A stretch of 64,000 nt of DNA from a virus, in the IMG/VR virus record IMGVR_UViG_3300022700_000069, positions 38,429 to 102,428 of that record, one strand, 5' to 3'. The notes below the pieces were generated by a model. The model was not told the origin of the DNA, did no database searches, and saw only the letters and a program-made list of their open reading frames with translations. Below, one piece after another: positions 48,140 to 58,448 of the stretch. The stretch's first letter is position 1. Each line of letters opens with the position of its first letter. The position numbers were made by a program, and so were the translations under genes.

Positions 48140-50941
48140 ATGGCATTTTGGACAGGTACATTATTAGCATCACCAATTGTTAGAGGTTCCTCTGGCGATA
48201 CTTATGGAACACATCATTCAATATTAGGTGTTGGTGGTTATATGGAAGTTAATAGTATAACAGAAAGAAATGCTCTTCCTGTTGATACTGTTAATGGAAT
48301 TGGTTATGATGGAATATCATCAGGACAACGTAGATTGGGTATGCTTATTTATGTCCATGAAAATGATACAATATATCAATTAAAAATATCACAATCAACA
48401 TGGAATAGTTTAACTAATGCTGGTAAATTAACGGCTTTAGCAAATAATAATAATTGGAAAGTTTTTGTTACTGGTGAAGATCAAATTGAATCTGGTGAAA
48501 AAATTCAAAAGGAATTTATACAAACAACACATGGATTTGTTAAGGGTGATGTTATTGGATATGATGGTACTGAATTTATAATAGTTAATTCAATTACTGC
48601 TGGTAATATTGAACCACTTGGTCTAGTGAGTAAAGTTATTGATTTAAATACATTTAAATTAACATTTTCAGGATATATTTCAACATCTGGAATTACTGAT
48701 ATAAATGGAAGTGGGTTAACTGGTGGTAGTGTTTATTATTTATCGAATATTGATGGTAAATTGACACTTGATAAGCCAACTGGAATGACAGAAGTTTCAA
48801 AACCAATGTTAGTTGGTCTTTCTGGTTATACTGGTGTTGTACTTCAATATAGAGGATTATATGATCTAGTAACTTCAGGTGGTACAGTTAGTTATTCAGA
48901 ATTTACTGGTTATACTGCTTCAACACAGATAAATTTAAATAAGACTGTTACTGGTGCTACAAATATTGGATATTTTACTGGAAAAACTGGTACTCAAATA
49001 TTACCAATAAACCATTTAAGTGATAATGCTTATGACGGTAATTATATATCAGTATATAATAATTATTATAGGGGTAGTAATGGTATTATAAATATTGGTA
49101 TATCAAGTGACAACACACCAAGAAGAGGATATGTAAAAACAACAACACCAGTTAAATCGTGGATATGGAATGAATATACTGGTGATAGTGCACCAAATGG
49201 ATGGATTTTTATTGACGGTGATATAACATCAAATGATATATATGGTACATCAATAACTGGTGCAAGTATTAATTATAGTGTACCTGCATATACTGCAGTA
49301 ACATGGAATAATGGTGTATCATATAATAATGGTTCACAAATAGTTATTAATAATGTCCAAGGTAGTATAGCAACTGGTTTAACATACATTAATGGTGGAC
49401 CAGTATTTAATAATAAACAAAATAAAGAACTTAGACTTAGAACATTAATATCAGATACACCAGATATTTTTAATATATCATATGATGATTATTTTATAAA
49501 ATTATCTGCAAATACTGGAATTGCTAATGTTGAAAATATTGGTACAACGGGTGTTGGTATATTTTCTGGAACATCAGGAAATACAATGCTTTTAAAAAAA
49601 CTTGTTGGTGGTGGTGGAACAACAGTTAGCTCTACAAATGGTAATATTGTTATATCATCTTCAGTTAGTGGTGGAACGGGAGGTTCTGGTGAAAGTATTA
49701 CAAAAGGAATTACACAATTTGGACATGGATTTTCAATTGGTGATGTTGTTGGTTATTCTGGTAGTTCATATAATAAAGCAATTGGTGATGGAACATATGA
49801 CGGTGAAATTATTGGTATTGTTTCTGAAGTAATTGATATTAATAATTTTAATATAATACAAAGTGGTTATATTAAAAATTTAAGTGGTTTGGTAAAAAAT
49901 ACAACTTATTTTGTAAGTCCAACAACTACTGGTGATTATACAAATACTGCACCAACATCTTATGGATATTTATCAAAACCAATTTTATTTGCTGATTCAT
50001 CAACTACTGGTTGGGTTTTACCATATCCGGGTTATATCATAACTAAACCAGTTACTGGTGGAACAACTGGTGAAACTGGTACAATTTATTATACTGGTGA
50101 TACACCTTCAACGTGTACTGTTGGTGGTGTACCAGCAGGAACAACATTAACTGGAAGAACATTAAATAATATAATAGAAGAAATGTTAGTACCTGAATTA
50201 TTCGGCACAATTACATCGCCATCGACATCAACATCATTAAGTGCATCTGGTTTATATGAAATTGGATGTAATTTAACACAAACAGTTACATCTAATTTTA
50301 ATAGGGGTTGTATTAATCCACAATATTGCAGTGATTCACCATATAGAAGTGGACCTGCTAATGCCTATTGTTTTGATGGTCCGGGAATGCCGTCTGGTTT
50401 TCAATCATGTGTGAATACTAGTGCAAGTCAAACAACTGGTTATACAGTTGTTCAAGGAACACAATCATGGTCAACATATACAAGATATGATTGTGGTGAA
50501 TCAGCATTAGGTAGTAAAGGAACTGAATATTGTGCAGCATTACCATCTGGATGTACATCAGCAGTAAGTAATAGTATTGTGGGTGTATATCCATTATGGG
50601 CAACATGTGCAATAATTAGTTCAATAGATAAAATATCACCATTATATAATATGTCATCAGCTAATAATATTGAAATTGAATTAGTTGCTGAAAGTGGTGG
50701 AAATAAACAAAAATTTGAAGTGCCATGTGCATGGTTATCATCAAGACCATTAAATGGTGTTCAACAATATAATGATTTTTCTGATGAATGGGAATATCCG
50801 GGTGGTAGTCAATCACAATCATTAACATATTGGAATTGTAGTTCTGCAAATGAAACAGTACAAGGCAATTCAATAGGTTATTGTCAATATACCCATGCAT
50901 GTAGTGATAGGGGATCAGTATGTATAAGATTAATATTTTAA
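48140..50941 (+). CDS. Virion fibre/structural protein
   Basis: 933 aa, S/T/G-rich; duplicated HGF..GDV.GY domain; Cys-rich C-terminus. Confidence 0.75.
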   Translation: MAFWTGTLLASPIVRGSSGDTYGTHHSILGVGGYMEVNSITERNALPVDTVNGIGYDGISSGQRRLGMLIYVHENDTIYQLKISQSTWNSLTNAGKLTALANNNNWKVFVTGEDQIESGEKIQKEFIQTTHGFVKGDVIGYDGTEFIIVNSITAGNIEPLGLVSKVIDLNTFKLTFSGYISTSGITDINGSGLTGGSVYYLSNIDGKLTLDKPTGMTEVSKPMLVGLSGYTGVVLQYRGLYDLVTSGGTVSYSEFTGYTASTQINLNKTVTGATNIGYFTGKTGTQILPINHLSDNAYDGNYISVYNNYYRGSNGIINIGISSDNTPRRGYVKTTTPVKSWIWNEYTGDSAPNGWIFIDGDITSNDIYGTSITGASINYSVPAYTAVTWNNGVSYNNGSQIVINNVQGSIATGLTYINGGPVFNNKQNKELRLRTLISDTPDIFNISYDDYFIKLSANTGIANVENIGTTGVGIFSGTSGNTMLLKKLVGGGGTTVSSTNGNIVISSSVSGGTGGSGESITKGITQFGHGFSIGDVVGYSGSSYNKAIGDGTYDGEIIGIVSEVIDINNFNIIQSGYIKNLSGLVKNTTYFVSPTTTGDYTNTAPTSYGYLSKPILFADSSTTGWVLPYPGYIITKPVTGGTTGETGTIYYTGDTPSTCTVGGVPAGTTLTGRTLNNIIEEMLVPELFGTITSPSTSTSLSASGLYEIGCNLTQTVTSNFNRGCINPQYCSDSPYRSGPANAYCFDGPGMPSGFQSCVNTSASQTTGYTVVQGTQSWSTYTRYDCGESALGSKGTEYCAALPSGCTSAVSNSIVGVYPLWATCAIISSIDKISPLYNMSSANNIEIELVAESGGNKQKFEVPCAWLSSRPLNGVQQYNDFSDEWEYPGGSQSQSLTYWNCSSANETVQGNSIGYCQYTHACSDRGSVCIRLIF

Positions 50942-50955
50942 ATAAATAGAATGTA

Positions 50956-52350
50956 ATGTCAAGAGAAAAAGGAAATTTTAATTTTTCAGGAAATTTTGAA
51001 GTACTAAAAAAAGGACCGTTAGATGCTAAAGCACTTGTCGAAACATATGCTGATTTAACTAATTCAGTAACATGGGAAGATAATGATAGTTTAGTATGGA
51101 TATATGATGGTATGCCAGTATCAGTTGCAAATGATTCTGATCCATCAAAAAATGGTTTATATATACTTAAAGATGCTGCTAATTATACATCAACATCAAG
51201 TTGGGAAAAATTAGGAGCACAATCTGGTTCAACACTTAACAATGTGGAAAATATTGGTACTGGTGTTGGTATTTTTTCTGGAGTTACTGGTACTTCTATA
51301 TTATTAAGATCAATTATTGGTAGTGGTGATACGAATGTTTCGATTAGTGGTGATTCTGTAGTTATTAATTCTACAGATTCAACTGCACTTCAAGATGGAA
51401 TATTAAATTTTGATTTAAACCAGCAAACGTATTTACCATATTCTGCATATACATCGGGCATAACATTTTATACTGGAACAACATGCCCTGATAATATTGA
51501 CCGTCTTAATATTAATGCAAGATTAACAGCAACAGCATTTAGAGTATCAACTGGTTGTACTGCACTTACTGGTTTAACTTTTAGTCCCGGTGATTTATAT
51601 TGGGATGAAAAGAATATGACAATTGCTCTTAAACAAACTGATGAAGTAACACAACAAATTGGTCAGGAACTATTTATCAGAGCAAAAAATAGTGGTACAT
51701 CAACAATATTTAATGGTACTGTAATCTATATAATTAATTCTGATAATGGTAATCCAATAATTGAACCAGCACGTGCATCTGAAACAGATGGTAATAAAAT
51801 AAGTAAAGTTGTTGGTGTGACAACTGAAGATATACCTGCTGGTGGTACTGGTTTTGTAACAACAGTGGGTGTTGTAAGAGGAATAAATACATCTGGTTTT
51901 ACTGCTGGTGATACAGTATATTTATCAACATTAGCATCTGGTCAATTAACTTCAACAAAGCCATCTTATCCAGATTATGTTATAGAAATGGGTGTTATTA
52001 CTAAAGTTGATCCAAGTGATGGTGAGATTTTAGTGAAAGTATCAAATTTATCTCAAATTGGTAATATACGTGGAGTTGAAGAAGTTAATGCACCATATAC
52101 AGCAACAACAAGAACAGATGTATTAACAGTTAATGGAGAAGGAATATATTATTTACCACCATCACCATTAACTGGACAAACAATAACTGTTATTGATAAA
52201 GACGGTGATGCTAAAAATTTTAATATTATAATTGATGGAAATGGTAAGTCAATAAATGGTGAGACACAAGCAATAATTAATAGTAATTATGGTTCAATGA
52301 CATTTGTATATGATGGTGATAATTGGTTTGCAACAACAATAACACCATAA
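50956..52350 (+). CDS. Virion fibre protein
   Basis: Shares NVENIGTG, GQE..N..I.NG.V.Y and the C-terminal IDGNG..I.G..INxxYG module with neighbours. Confidence 0.75.
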   Translation: MSREKGNFNFSGNFEVLKKGPLDAKALVETYADLTNSVTWEDNDSLVWIYDGMPVSVANDSDPSKNGLYILKDAANYTSTSSWEKLGAQSGSTLNNVENIGTGVGIFSGVTGTSILLRSIIGSGDTNVSISGDSVVINSTDSTALQDGILNFDLNQQTYLPYSAYTSGITFYTGTTCPDNIDRLNINARLTATAFRVSTGCTALTGLTFSPGDLYWDEKNMTIALKQTDEVTQQIGQELFIRAKNSGTSTIFNGTVIYIINSDNGNPIIEPARASETDGNKISKVVGVTTEDIPAGGTGFVTTVGVVRGINTSGFTAGDTVYLSTLASGQLTSTKPSYPDYVIEMGVITKVDPSDGEILVKVSNLSQIGNIRGVEEVNAPYTATTRTDVLTVNGEGIYYLPPSPLTGQTITVIDKDGDAKNFNIIIDGNGKSINGETQAIINSNYGSMTFVYDGDNWFATTITP

Positions 52351-52423
52351 TAAAAAAAAAATAATTTAATTAAATTAATACTATTTATATATAAAATAAT
52401 AAGAAAAGGAAAAAAACATAAAA

Positions 52424-55400
52424 ATGGCATTTACAACAAAACTTAGATTATTTAATAATAAGGTATTTCAATGTTCTAGTGATGAACTAATTTTATCAGG
52501 TATTACATCATTTGGTACTGCTAGATATCAATCTGATGTTAGTGGATCATTTACACCTCGTTCATTTACTGATAAAGGATATGTTACAGGGTTAACAAAT
52601 GGTTTACAATCAGATATTACATATCTTTCTGGACAAACTGATTTAAGATTATTAATATCAGATTTTGAAACATATAGTGGTAATACAGAAACTACAATTA
52701 GTGGATTAAGAACAGATGTTAATACAGTATCAGGTCAAACTGACACTAATACAAGTAATATTACAAGTAATGATAATGATATTACATATATATCTGGTGT
52801 TACTGATACTAATACAAATAATATTACAAGTAATGATAATGATATTACATATATATCTGGTGTTACTGATACTAATACAAGTAATATTACAAGTAATGGT
52901 AATGATATTACATATTTAGGTTCGTTATCTGGTATTACTGATGTATCACTAACAGCAGTAACAAATGGGTTGACTAAAGTTGGTGATCATCAAGTTAAAT
53001 TAGGTGGAGCATTAACTGAAAATACTGATATTAATGCATTAGATACATATAATTTAACATTTACTGGTGGATTGTTAGCATATTCTGCTGATTATTCTGG
53101 TAGCATTACACCGAGATCAATTCCTGATGCAGCATGGATAACAGGACAAACTGGAGCGATTAGTGCAAATAATGGTCTAACAAGAGAAGGTAGTAATATA
53201 ATATTAGGTGGAGCATTAACTGGTGATACTGAAGTAACTGGTGATGGTACAAATTCATTAACATTTGGTACATCATCATCAAAAATGTCTAATTTTGATG
53301 TTGATGCAGATTGTTTATCAATTGGTACTAAATATACTAATACCCCTGTTGAATTAAATAGCAATAGTTGTAATATTGAAATGGTTAGTTGTGATACACT
53401 AACTCCATATGAAGCAAGATTAAATGTTGATAGAACTGCTGGTATTTGTTTAACATTTGATAATAGTTCAAATACTATCTTTTATGCTGCTGATTATTCG
53501 GCTTGTTATAATTCAAGATCATTACCTGATGTTGGATATGTTACAGGAATTACAAGTACATTGGTTACAACAGCAGATTTTAATTCATATACTGGTGATA
53601 CTGATATTAGAATTGATGATATTGAAACAACTTTTGTTACTGGTGCAACAAATGGATTAAATGAATCTAATCAGGATGTTAAATTAGGTGGAGCATTAAT
53701 AGAAAATACTGATATTAATGCATTAGGTACTTATGATTTAACATTTACTGGTGGTGATATAAAATATGGAGCAGATTATAGTGGACAATTTGAAGCACGT
53801 TCAATTCCTGATGCAGCATGGGTAACAGGTCAAACTGGAGCAATTGATGCAAATAATGGTCTTACAAGGGAAGGTGATAATATAATATTAGGCGGAGCAT
53901 TAACTGGTGATACTGAAATTAGTGGTACTAATACATTAGAAATTAGTTCACCACTTATCGGATCAAGTGTTGAATATTTTGATTTTTCAACAACACCAAC
54001 TCTTCCGGGAACATTAAATGAGGGAATATTATATTATTCAGCTAATACACTTACATTAAAAAGAGAATTTAGTGGTGTTAGTACACAATTAGGACAAGAA
54101 AATGTTACTAGAGTAAGTAATGTTACAGGTTCTCTTATTGAAAATGGTAGTGTGGTATATTTTACAGGTGCTGCTGCGGGTATTCCAACTGTTGCTAAAG
54201 CAATTGCTAATGATTTTACTAGTGCGACTCAAGCATTTGGTGTTGCAACTCATGATATTGCTGATGGTGATGAAGGATATATAACAACATTAGGGGCAGT
54301 AAGACATCTTGACACTAGTTCTTTTAATGCAGGTGATGTTATTTGGTTATCTGAAACAACTGCAGGTGGATTAACAAATGTAAGACCTGATTATCCAAAT
54401 TATTCAGTTGCAATTGGTGAAGTAACTCAAATAGATGTAAGTGACGGTATTATTTATGTGAAACCATTTTATGTTCCAAATTATACTGAATATGGTGATT
54501 TTACTGGATATACTGCAAGTACAGAAATAACATTAAATAATAAACTTGATACTAGTGTATTCAATACATATACTGGTAATACAGATACTAAATTAAATAG
54601 TATTGAAGATGTTACAAATATTGCTATTACTGGTCAGACAGGTGGTCTTACAAAAGTGGGTGATCATGAACTTAGACTTGGTGGTACAATAACTCAAAAT
54701 ACAATAATTGACGGTTCACATACATTAACATTAGCACCTGCTAATAGATTAGTACTTAGAACTACTGGAAATAATGATATTAATATTGATGCACAAGGAA
54801 ATGGTACTGCAATATTTAAAGCACAACAAGGAAACCTTTCAACGCCGGATGATTTTACAAATGCTGTTGGTATTTTTGCTGATTTTGATCAAACTTCAGG
54901 TTTTGTGATTTATGATAATAGAAGTAGTTCAAAACAAGAAGGTATTCAATATGATAATGATTATTCATCTAATTTTACTGATCGTTCACTTGTTGATAAA
55001 GCATATGTTGATGCTGTGGCTACAGGTCTTCAAGCTAAGTCGGCGGTTGATGTTGCTACTACTCAAAATATAACATTAAGTGGATTAACAACTGTTGATG
55101 GTGTTAGTTTAAGTGAAGGTGATAGAATATTAGTAAAAAATCAAACAGATGCTAGTGAAAATGGTATATATAGTGCAACAACTGGAAATTGGGGACGTAC
55201 TGAAGATTATGATTTTTCACCATCAGGTGAAATTGCGAATGGTGATTTAATTCCAGTTTTATCAGGTAATTCGAATACTAGTAGTCAATTTATTTTAACA
55301 ACAGAAGACCCCATTGAATCTGGTGATTCATTAAATTTTTCATTATTTTCACAATTATTAGAAGTTAGTGCGGGTAATGGTATTGCAATTTCTACTGCTG

Positions 55401-57217
55401 GTAGTACAAAACAAATAGCAGTTGATCTTGCAACAAATTCAGGATTAGGATTTAATAGTGGTAATTTAACCGTATCACAAAATATTGCTGGTAGTGGATT
55501 AACTTGGAATACGGGTGTGTTAAATGTTTGTGCTACAGATACTGCAATTAATGGTAGTGAAATAAATGTTAAATTTGGTGCGATTAATAATCTTGTTATT
55601 GATTCAAATGATATTCAAACATTAAGTGCAAATAATGGTATAACAATCGATAGTAATGATAACATAACACTTGGTGGTACGTTAACGGGTGATACATCTA
55701 TTAATGGTAATGGTTTTTCCAATAATTTGGAATTTACAGATTTAAATTCATTTAATTTACATTTTAATAATACATCAACAATATGTGATTTAAGAGTAAC
55801 ACCAGTTGGTATTCAATATGGTGGTGATTATAGTGCTAATTACACAGCACGTTCATTAGTTGATAAAGAATTTGTAAATAATCAAATTAGTGGTGATACA
55901 TTAACATTTAATAATGGTTTAACTAAAGATGGTGATACGATTTCTTGGGGTGGTACATTAACTGGTGATACCCAAATAATTCATGGTAATGGTAGAATTT
56001 GTATGATTGATGGTGGTACAAGTTGTGTTGATCTTAAATCTGATTGTTCAACAGTGCATGTTGAAAATACATCAATGTATATCCGTTCATGTCAAAATGG
56101 ATCATGTCTTGGTAAAGTAAATATAAATAATACTGGTCAAGTTGGAATAACAACAAATAATGCTTCAACAGGTATTACAATTACTGATAATGGTTCAGGT
56201 GTTGGTGCTGTATATGCTGCTGATTATTCAGCAACATTTATTGACAATTCACTTGTTTCTAAAGCATATGTCGATAGTGAAATTGATGCAAATACTTCTG
56301 GTATTACATCTAATGCAATTACTGGTGCAACAAATGGTTTAACAAAAACAGGACAAGATGTTTGTTTAGGTGGTACATTGACAAGTAATGTTGATATTAA
56401 TGGTAATGGTTATGATTTAACAATAATATCAAATTATCTTCAAATCGGTTCAATTAGTGAAATTAATAGTTCATCAAATTCAATAAGAATGGATGATAGT
56501 GTTGCTGGTACGATTACTTTCTGTGGTGGTGTTGGTGTAATGTATCTTAATGGTGGTGGTTTAGCATATGATAGCGATTATTCTTCTAACTATACATCAA
56601 GATCAATCCCTGATGTTGCATTTGTAACTGGACTTACAAATACTATTAGTTCAAATTCACTTACTGGTGCAACAAATGGTCTTACAAAAACAGGACAGGA
56701 TGTTAAACTTGGTGGCACATTAACAGGTAACACTATGATTGATGGTGCATATAATTTTAATGTGGATGTTTCAAGTATTAATCTAACTGGTGCTACAACA
56801 ATTGATAGTACACTTACACTAAATTCAGTGGCATCTGGTTCAAATGCTGATGATGTGCTTACAATCACTTCTGGTGGTGAGGTACAGAGTATATCGGCTT
56901 CTGAACTTGGTGAAGATAATAATATTTATGATATAACTAGTGTAAGTAATAGTACTGTTACATTAGATGGTAGTGAATATGTTGTATTAATTGATACAAG
57001 TTCAGGTGCAGTAACCGTTAATCTTGAAGCAACACCAACTACTGGTACTGCTGTTAAAATTAAAGATAAGGGTAATGCTCTAACCAATAATATAACAATT
57101 GATGGTAATGGTAATACTATTGATGGTTCAACACAAGCCACAATAAATACCGATTATGGTGCATTAGAACTTGTTTTTGATGGTAGAGAATGGTTCTCAT
57201 TAGCTTTTATTAATTAA
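52424..57217 (+). CDS. Long tail fibre-like protein
   Basis: 1597 aa; repeated NGLT..G....LGG.LT and DYS..Y..RS..D modules; GDRILVKNQT..SENGIY. Confidence 0.8.
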   Translation: MAFTTKLRLFNNKVFQCSSDELILSGITSFGTARYQSDVSGSFTPRSFTDKGYVTGLTNGLQSDITYLSGQTDLRLLISDFETYSGNTETTISGLRTDVNTVSGQTDTNTSNITSNDNDITYISGVTDTNTNNITSNDNDITYISGVTDTNTSNITSNGNDITYLGSLSGITDVSLTAVTNGLTKVGDHQVKLGGALTENTDINALDTYNLTFTGGLLAYSADYSGSITPRSIPDAAWITGQTGAISANNGLTREGSNIILGGALTGDTEVTGDGTNSLTFGTSSSKMSNFDVDADCLSIGTKYTNTPVELNSNSCNIEMVSCDTLTPYEARLNVDRTAGICLTFDNSSNTIFYAADYSACYNSRSLPDVGYVTGITSTLVTTADFNSYTGDTDIRIDDIETTFVTGATNGLNESNQDVKLGGALIENTDINALGTYDLTFTGGDIKYGADYSGQFEARSIPDAAWVTGQTGAIDANNGLTREGDNIILGGALTGDTEISGTNTLEISSPLIGSSVEYFDFSTTPTLPGTLNEGILYYSANTLTLKREFSGVSTQLGQENVTRVSNVTGSLIENGSVVYFTGAAAGIPTVAKAIANDFTSATQAFGVATHDIADGDEGYITTLGAVRHLDTSSFNAGDVIWLSETTAGGLTNVRPDYPNYSVAIGEVTQIDVSDGIIYVKPFYVPNYTEYGDFTGYTASTEITLNNKLDTSVFNTYTGNTDTKLNSIEDVTNIAITGQTGGLTKVGDHELRLGGTITQNTIIDGSHTLTLAPANRLVLRTTGNNDINIDAQGNGTAIFKAQQGNLSTPDDFTNAVGIFADFDQTSGFVIYDNRSSSKQEGIQYDNDYSSNFTDRSLVDKAYVDAVATGLQAKSAVDVATTQNITLSGLTTVDGVSLSEGDRILVKNQTDASENGIYSATTGNWGRTEDYDFSPSGEIANGDLIPVLSGNSNTSSQFILTTEDPIESGDSLNFSLFSQLLEVSAGNGIAISTAGSTKQIAVDLATNSGLGFNSGNLTVSQNIAGSGLTWNTGVLNVCATDTAINGSEINVKFGAINNLVIDSNDIQTLSANNGITIDSNDNITLGGTLTGDTSINGNGFSNNLEFTDLNSFNLHFNNTSTICDLRVTPVGIQYGGDYSANYTARSLVDKEFVNNQISGDTLTFNNGLTKDGDTISWGGTLTGDTQIIHGNGRICMIDGGTSCVDLKSDCSTVHVENTSMYIRSCQNGSCLGKVNINNTGQVGITTNNASTGITITDNGSGVGAVYAADYSATFIDNSLVSKAYVDSEIDANTSGITSNAITGATNGLTKTGQDVCLGGTLTSNVDINGNGYDLTIISNYLQIGSISEINSSSNSIRMDDSVAGTITFCGGVGVMYLNGGGLAYDSDYSSNYTSRSIPDVAFVTGLTNTISSNSLTGATNGLTKTGQDVKLGGTLTGNTMIDGAYNFNVDVSSINLTGATTIDSTLTLNSVASGSNADDVLTITSGGEVQSISASELGEDNNIYDITSVSNSTVTLDGSEYVVLIDTSSGAVTVNLEATPTTGTAVKIKDKGNALTNNITIDGNGNTIDGSTQATINTDYGALELVFDGREWFSLAFIN
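52739..52915 (+). repeat. 63-bp tandem repeat (~2.8 copies) encoding 21-aa coiled-coil units
   Basis: TDTNTSNITSNDNDITYISGV repeated. Confidence 0.9.
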
Positions 57218-57240
57218 TAATAAATAAATTTTTAATAATT

Positions 57241-57275
57241 AAAGGGGGACTTAATAAAAGTTCCCCTCTTTTTTT
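57241..57275 (+). terminator. Intrinsic terminator
   Basis: AAAGGGGGACTT..AAGTTCCCCTCT plus T run. Confidence 0.75.
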
Positions 57276-57356
57276 CTTGTAATTTCATATTTTTTGAAAT
57301 ATTTTAGTATTTATAAAAAAATATAAAAAATTATATTATTAAAATCTAAATAACAT

Positions 57357-58322
57357 ATGTCTGAAACTCAAAATCAAACTTATAATATAGAAAAATATAA
57401 ATCAAAAGAAGAAATAAATAATGATGAAAAATATGTAATATTTCATTCCGAAGGGGGGCATGGTAAACAAATAATGGCGACTTCGGTAATAAGAGCATTT
57501 AAAAAGAAATATCCTGATAGAAAATTAATTTGGATCACACCTTGGGATGGTCCAGCATTTTATAATGATAACATATATAGATTTTATTCATTTAATGAAT
57601 TAAAATATTTTTATGATGATTATATTAATATGAAAGATGTGAAAATATTTCGTCATGAACCATATCATGCTGAAGATCACATTTTACAACGAAAACATTT
57701 AACTAAAACTTGGTGTGATATGTATGATTTACCCTATGATGGTAAACAGCCAGAAATATATATTAACCCACGTGAGGTTGAGATTGCAAAAGATAAAATT
57801 AAACCAGAATCTGGAAAACCAATAATGCTCTTACAGACACATGGCGGTGGTCAAGGTCAATATTCAAAAAAGTCGTGGGCAAGAGATATGCCAATTGAGA
57901 TTGCTCAAAAACTTGTTAATTATTATAGTAAAAATTATCGTATTTTACATATGCGTAGGGGTGATCAACCAGCATTACAGGGAGTTGAAGTATTAAATTT
58001 ACCACTTCGAGAATTATATGCGGTATTTCAATTTTCAATAAAAAGATTATTTATCGATTCTTTTGCACAGCATGTTGCAGCAGCATTAAAATTACCATCA
58101 ACAGTTTGTTGGATTGTGAACAAACCAGAAGTTTTTGGTTATGAAATTCATGATAATATTTTACCAAATGCTAATTTACAACAAGAATTTAATAAATATT
58201 CATATTTAGATAAATATGATATTAGTGGACAAATTCAACAGTTTCCTTATGATACGGTAAATGTGTTTGATATTAATAAAATTATTGAATCAATAGATAA
58301 ACAACCAACTAAATTAATTTAG
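57357..58322 (+). CDS. GT9 (heptosyltransferase-like) glycosyltransferase
   Basis: GGHGK.IMAT, LLQTHGG, W.RD, FIDSFAQHVAAAL..PS.V.W, FGY..H.NI. Confidence 0.75.
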   Translation: MSETQNQTYNIEKYKSKEEINNDEKYVIFHSEGGHGKQIMATSVIRAFKKKYPDRKLIWITPWDGPAFYNDNIYRFYSFNELKYFYDDYINMKDVKIFRHEPYHAEDHILQRKHLTKTWCDMYDLPYDGKQPEIYINPREVEIAKDKIKPESGKPIMLLQTHGGGQGQYSKKSWARDMPIEIAQKLVNYYSKNYRILHMRRGDQPALQGVEVLNLPLRELYAVFQFSIKRLFIDSFAQHVAAALKLPSTVCWIVNKPEVFGYEIHDNILPNANLQQEFNKYSYLDKYDISGQIQQFPYDTVNVFDINKIIESIDKQPTKLI

Positions 58323-58342
58323 TTATTTTATTAATGAATTAT

Positions 58343-58383
58343 AAATAAACCTCACATTTTTTTTTTGTGGGGTTTATTTTTTT
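58343..58383 (+). terminator. Intrinsic terminator
   Basis: AAATAAACCTCACA..TGTGGGGTTTATTT plus T run. Confidence 0.7.
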
Positions 58384-58448
58384 GTTTTTATTCTGGTAAA
58401 AGTATTTATATGAAAGATAATTATTTAATTTATATAAAATAGTAACAA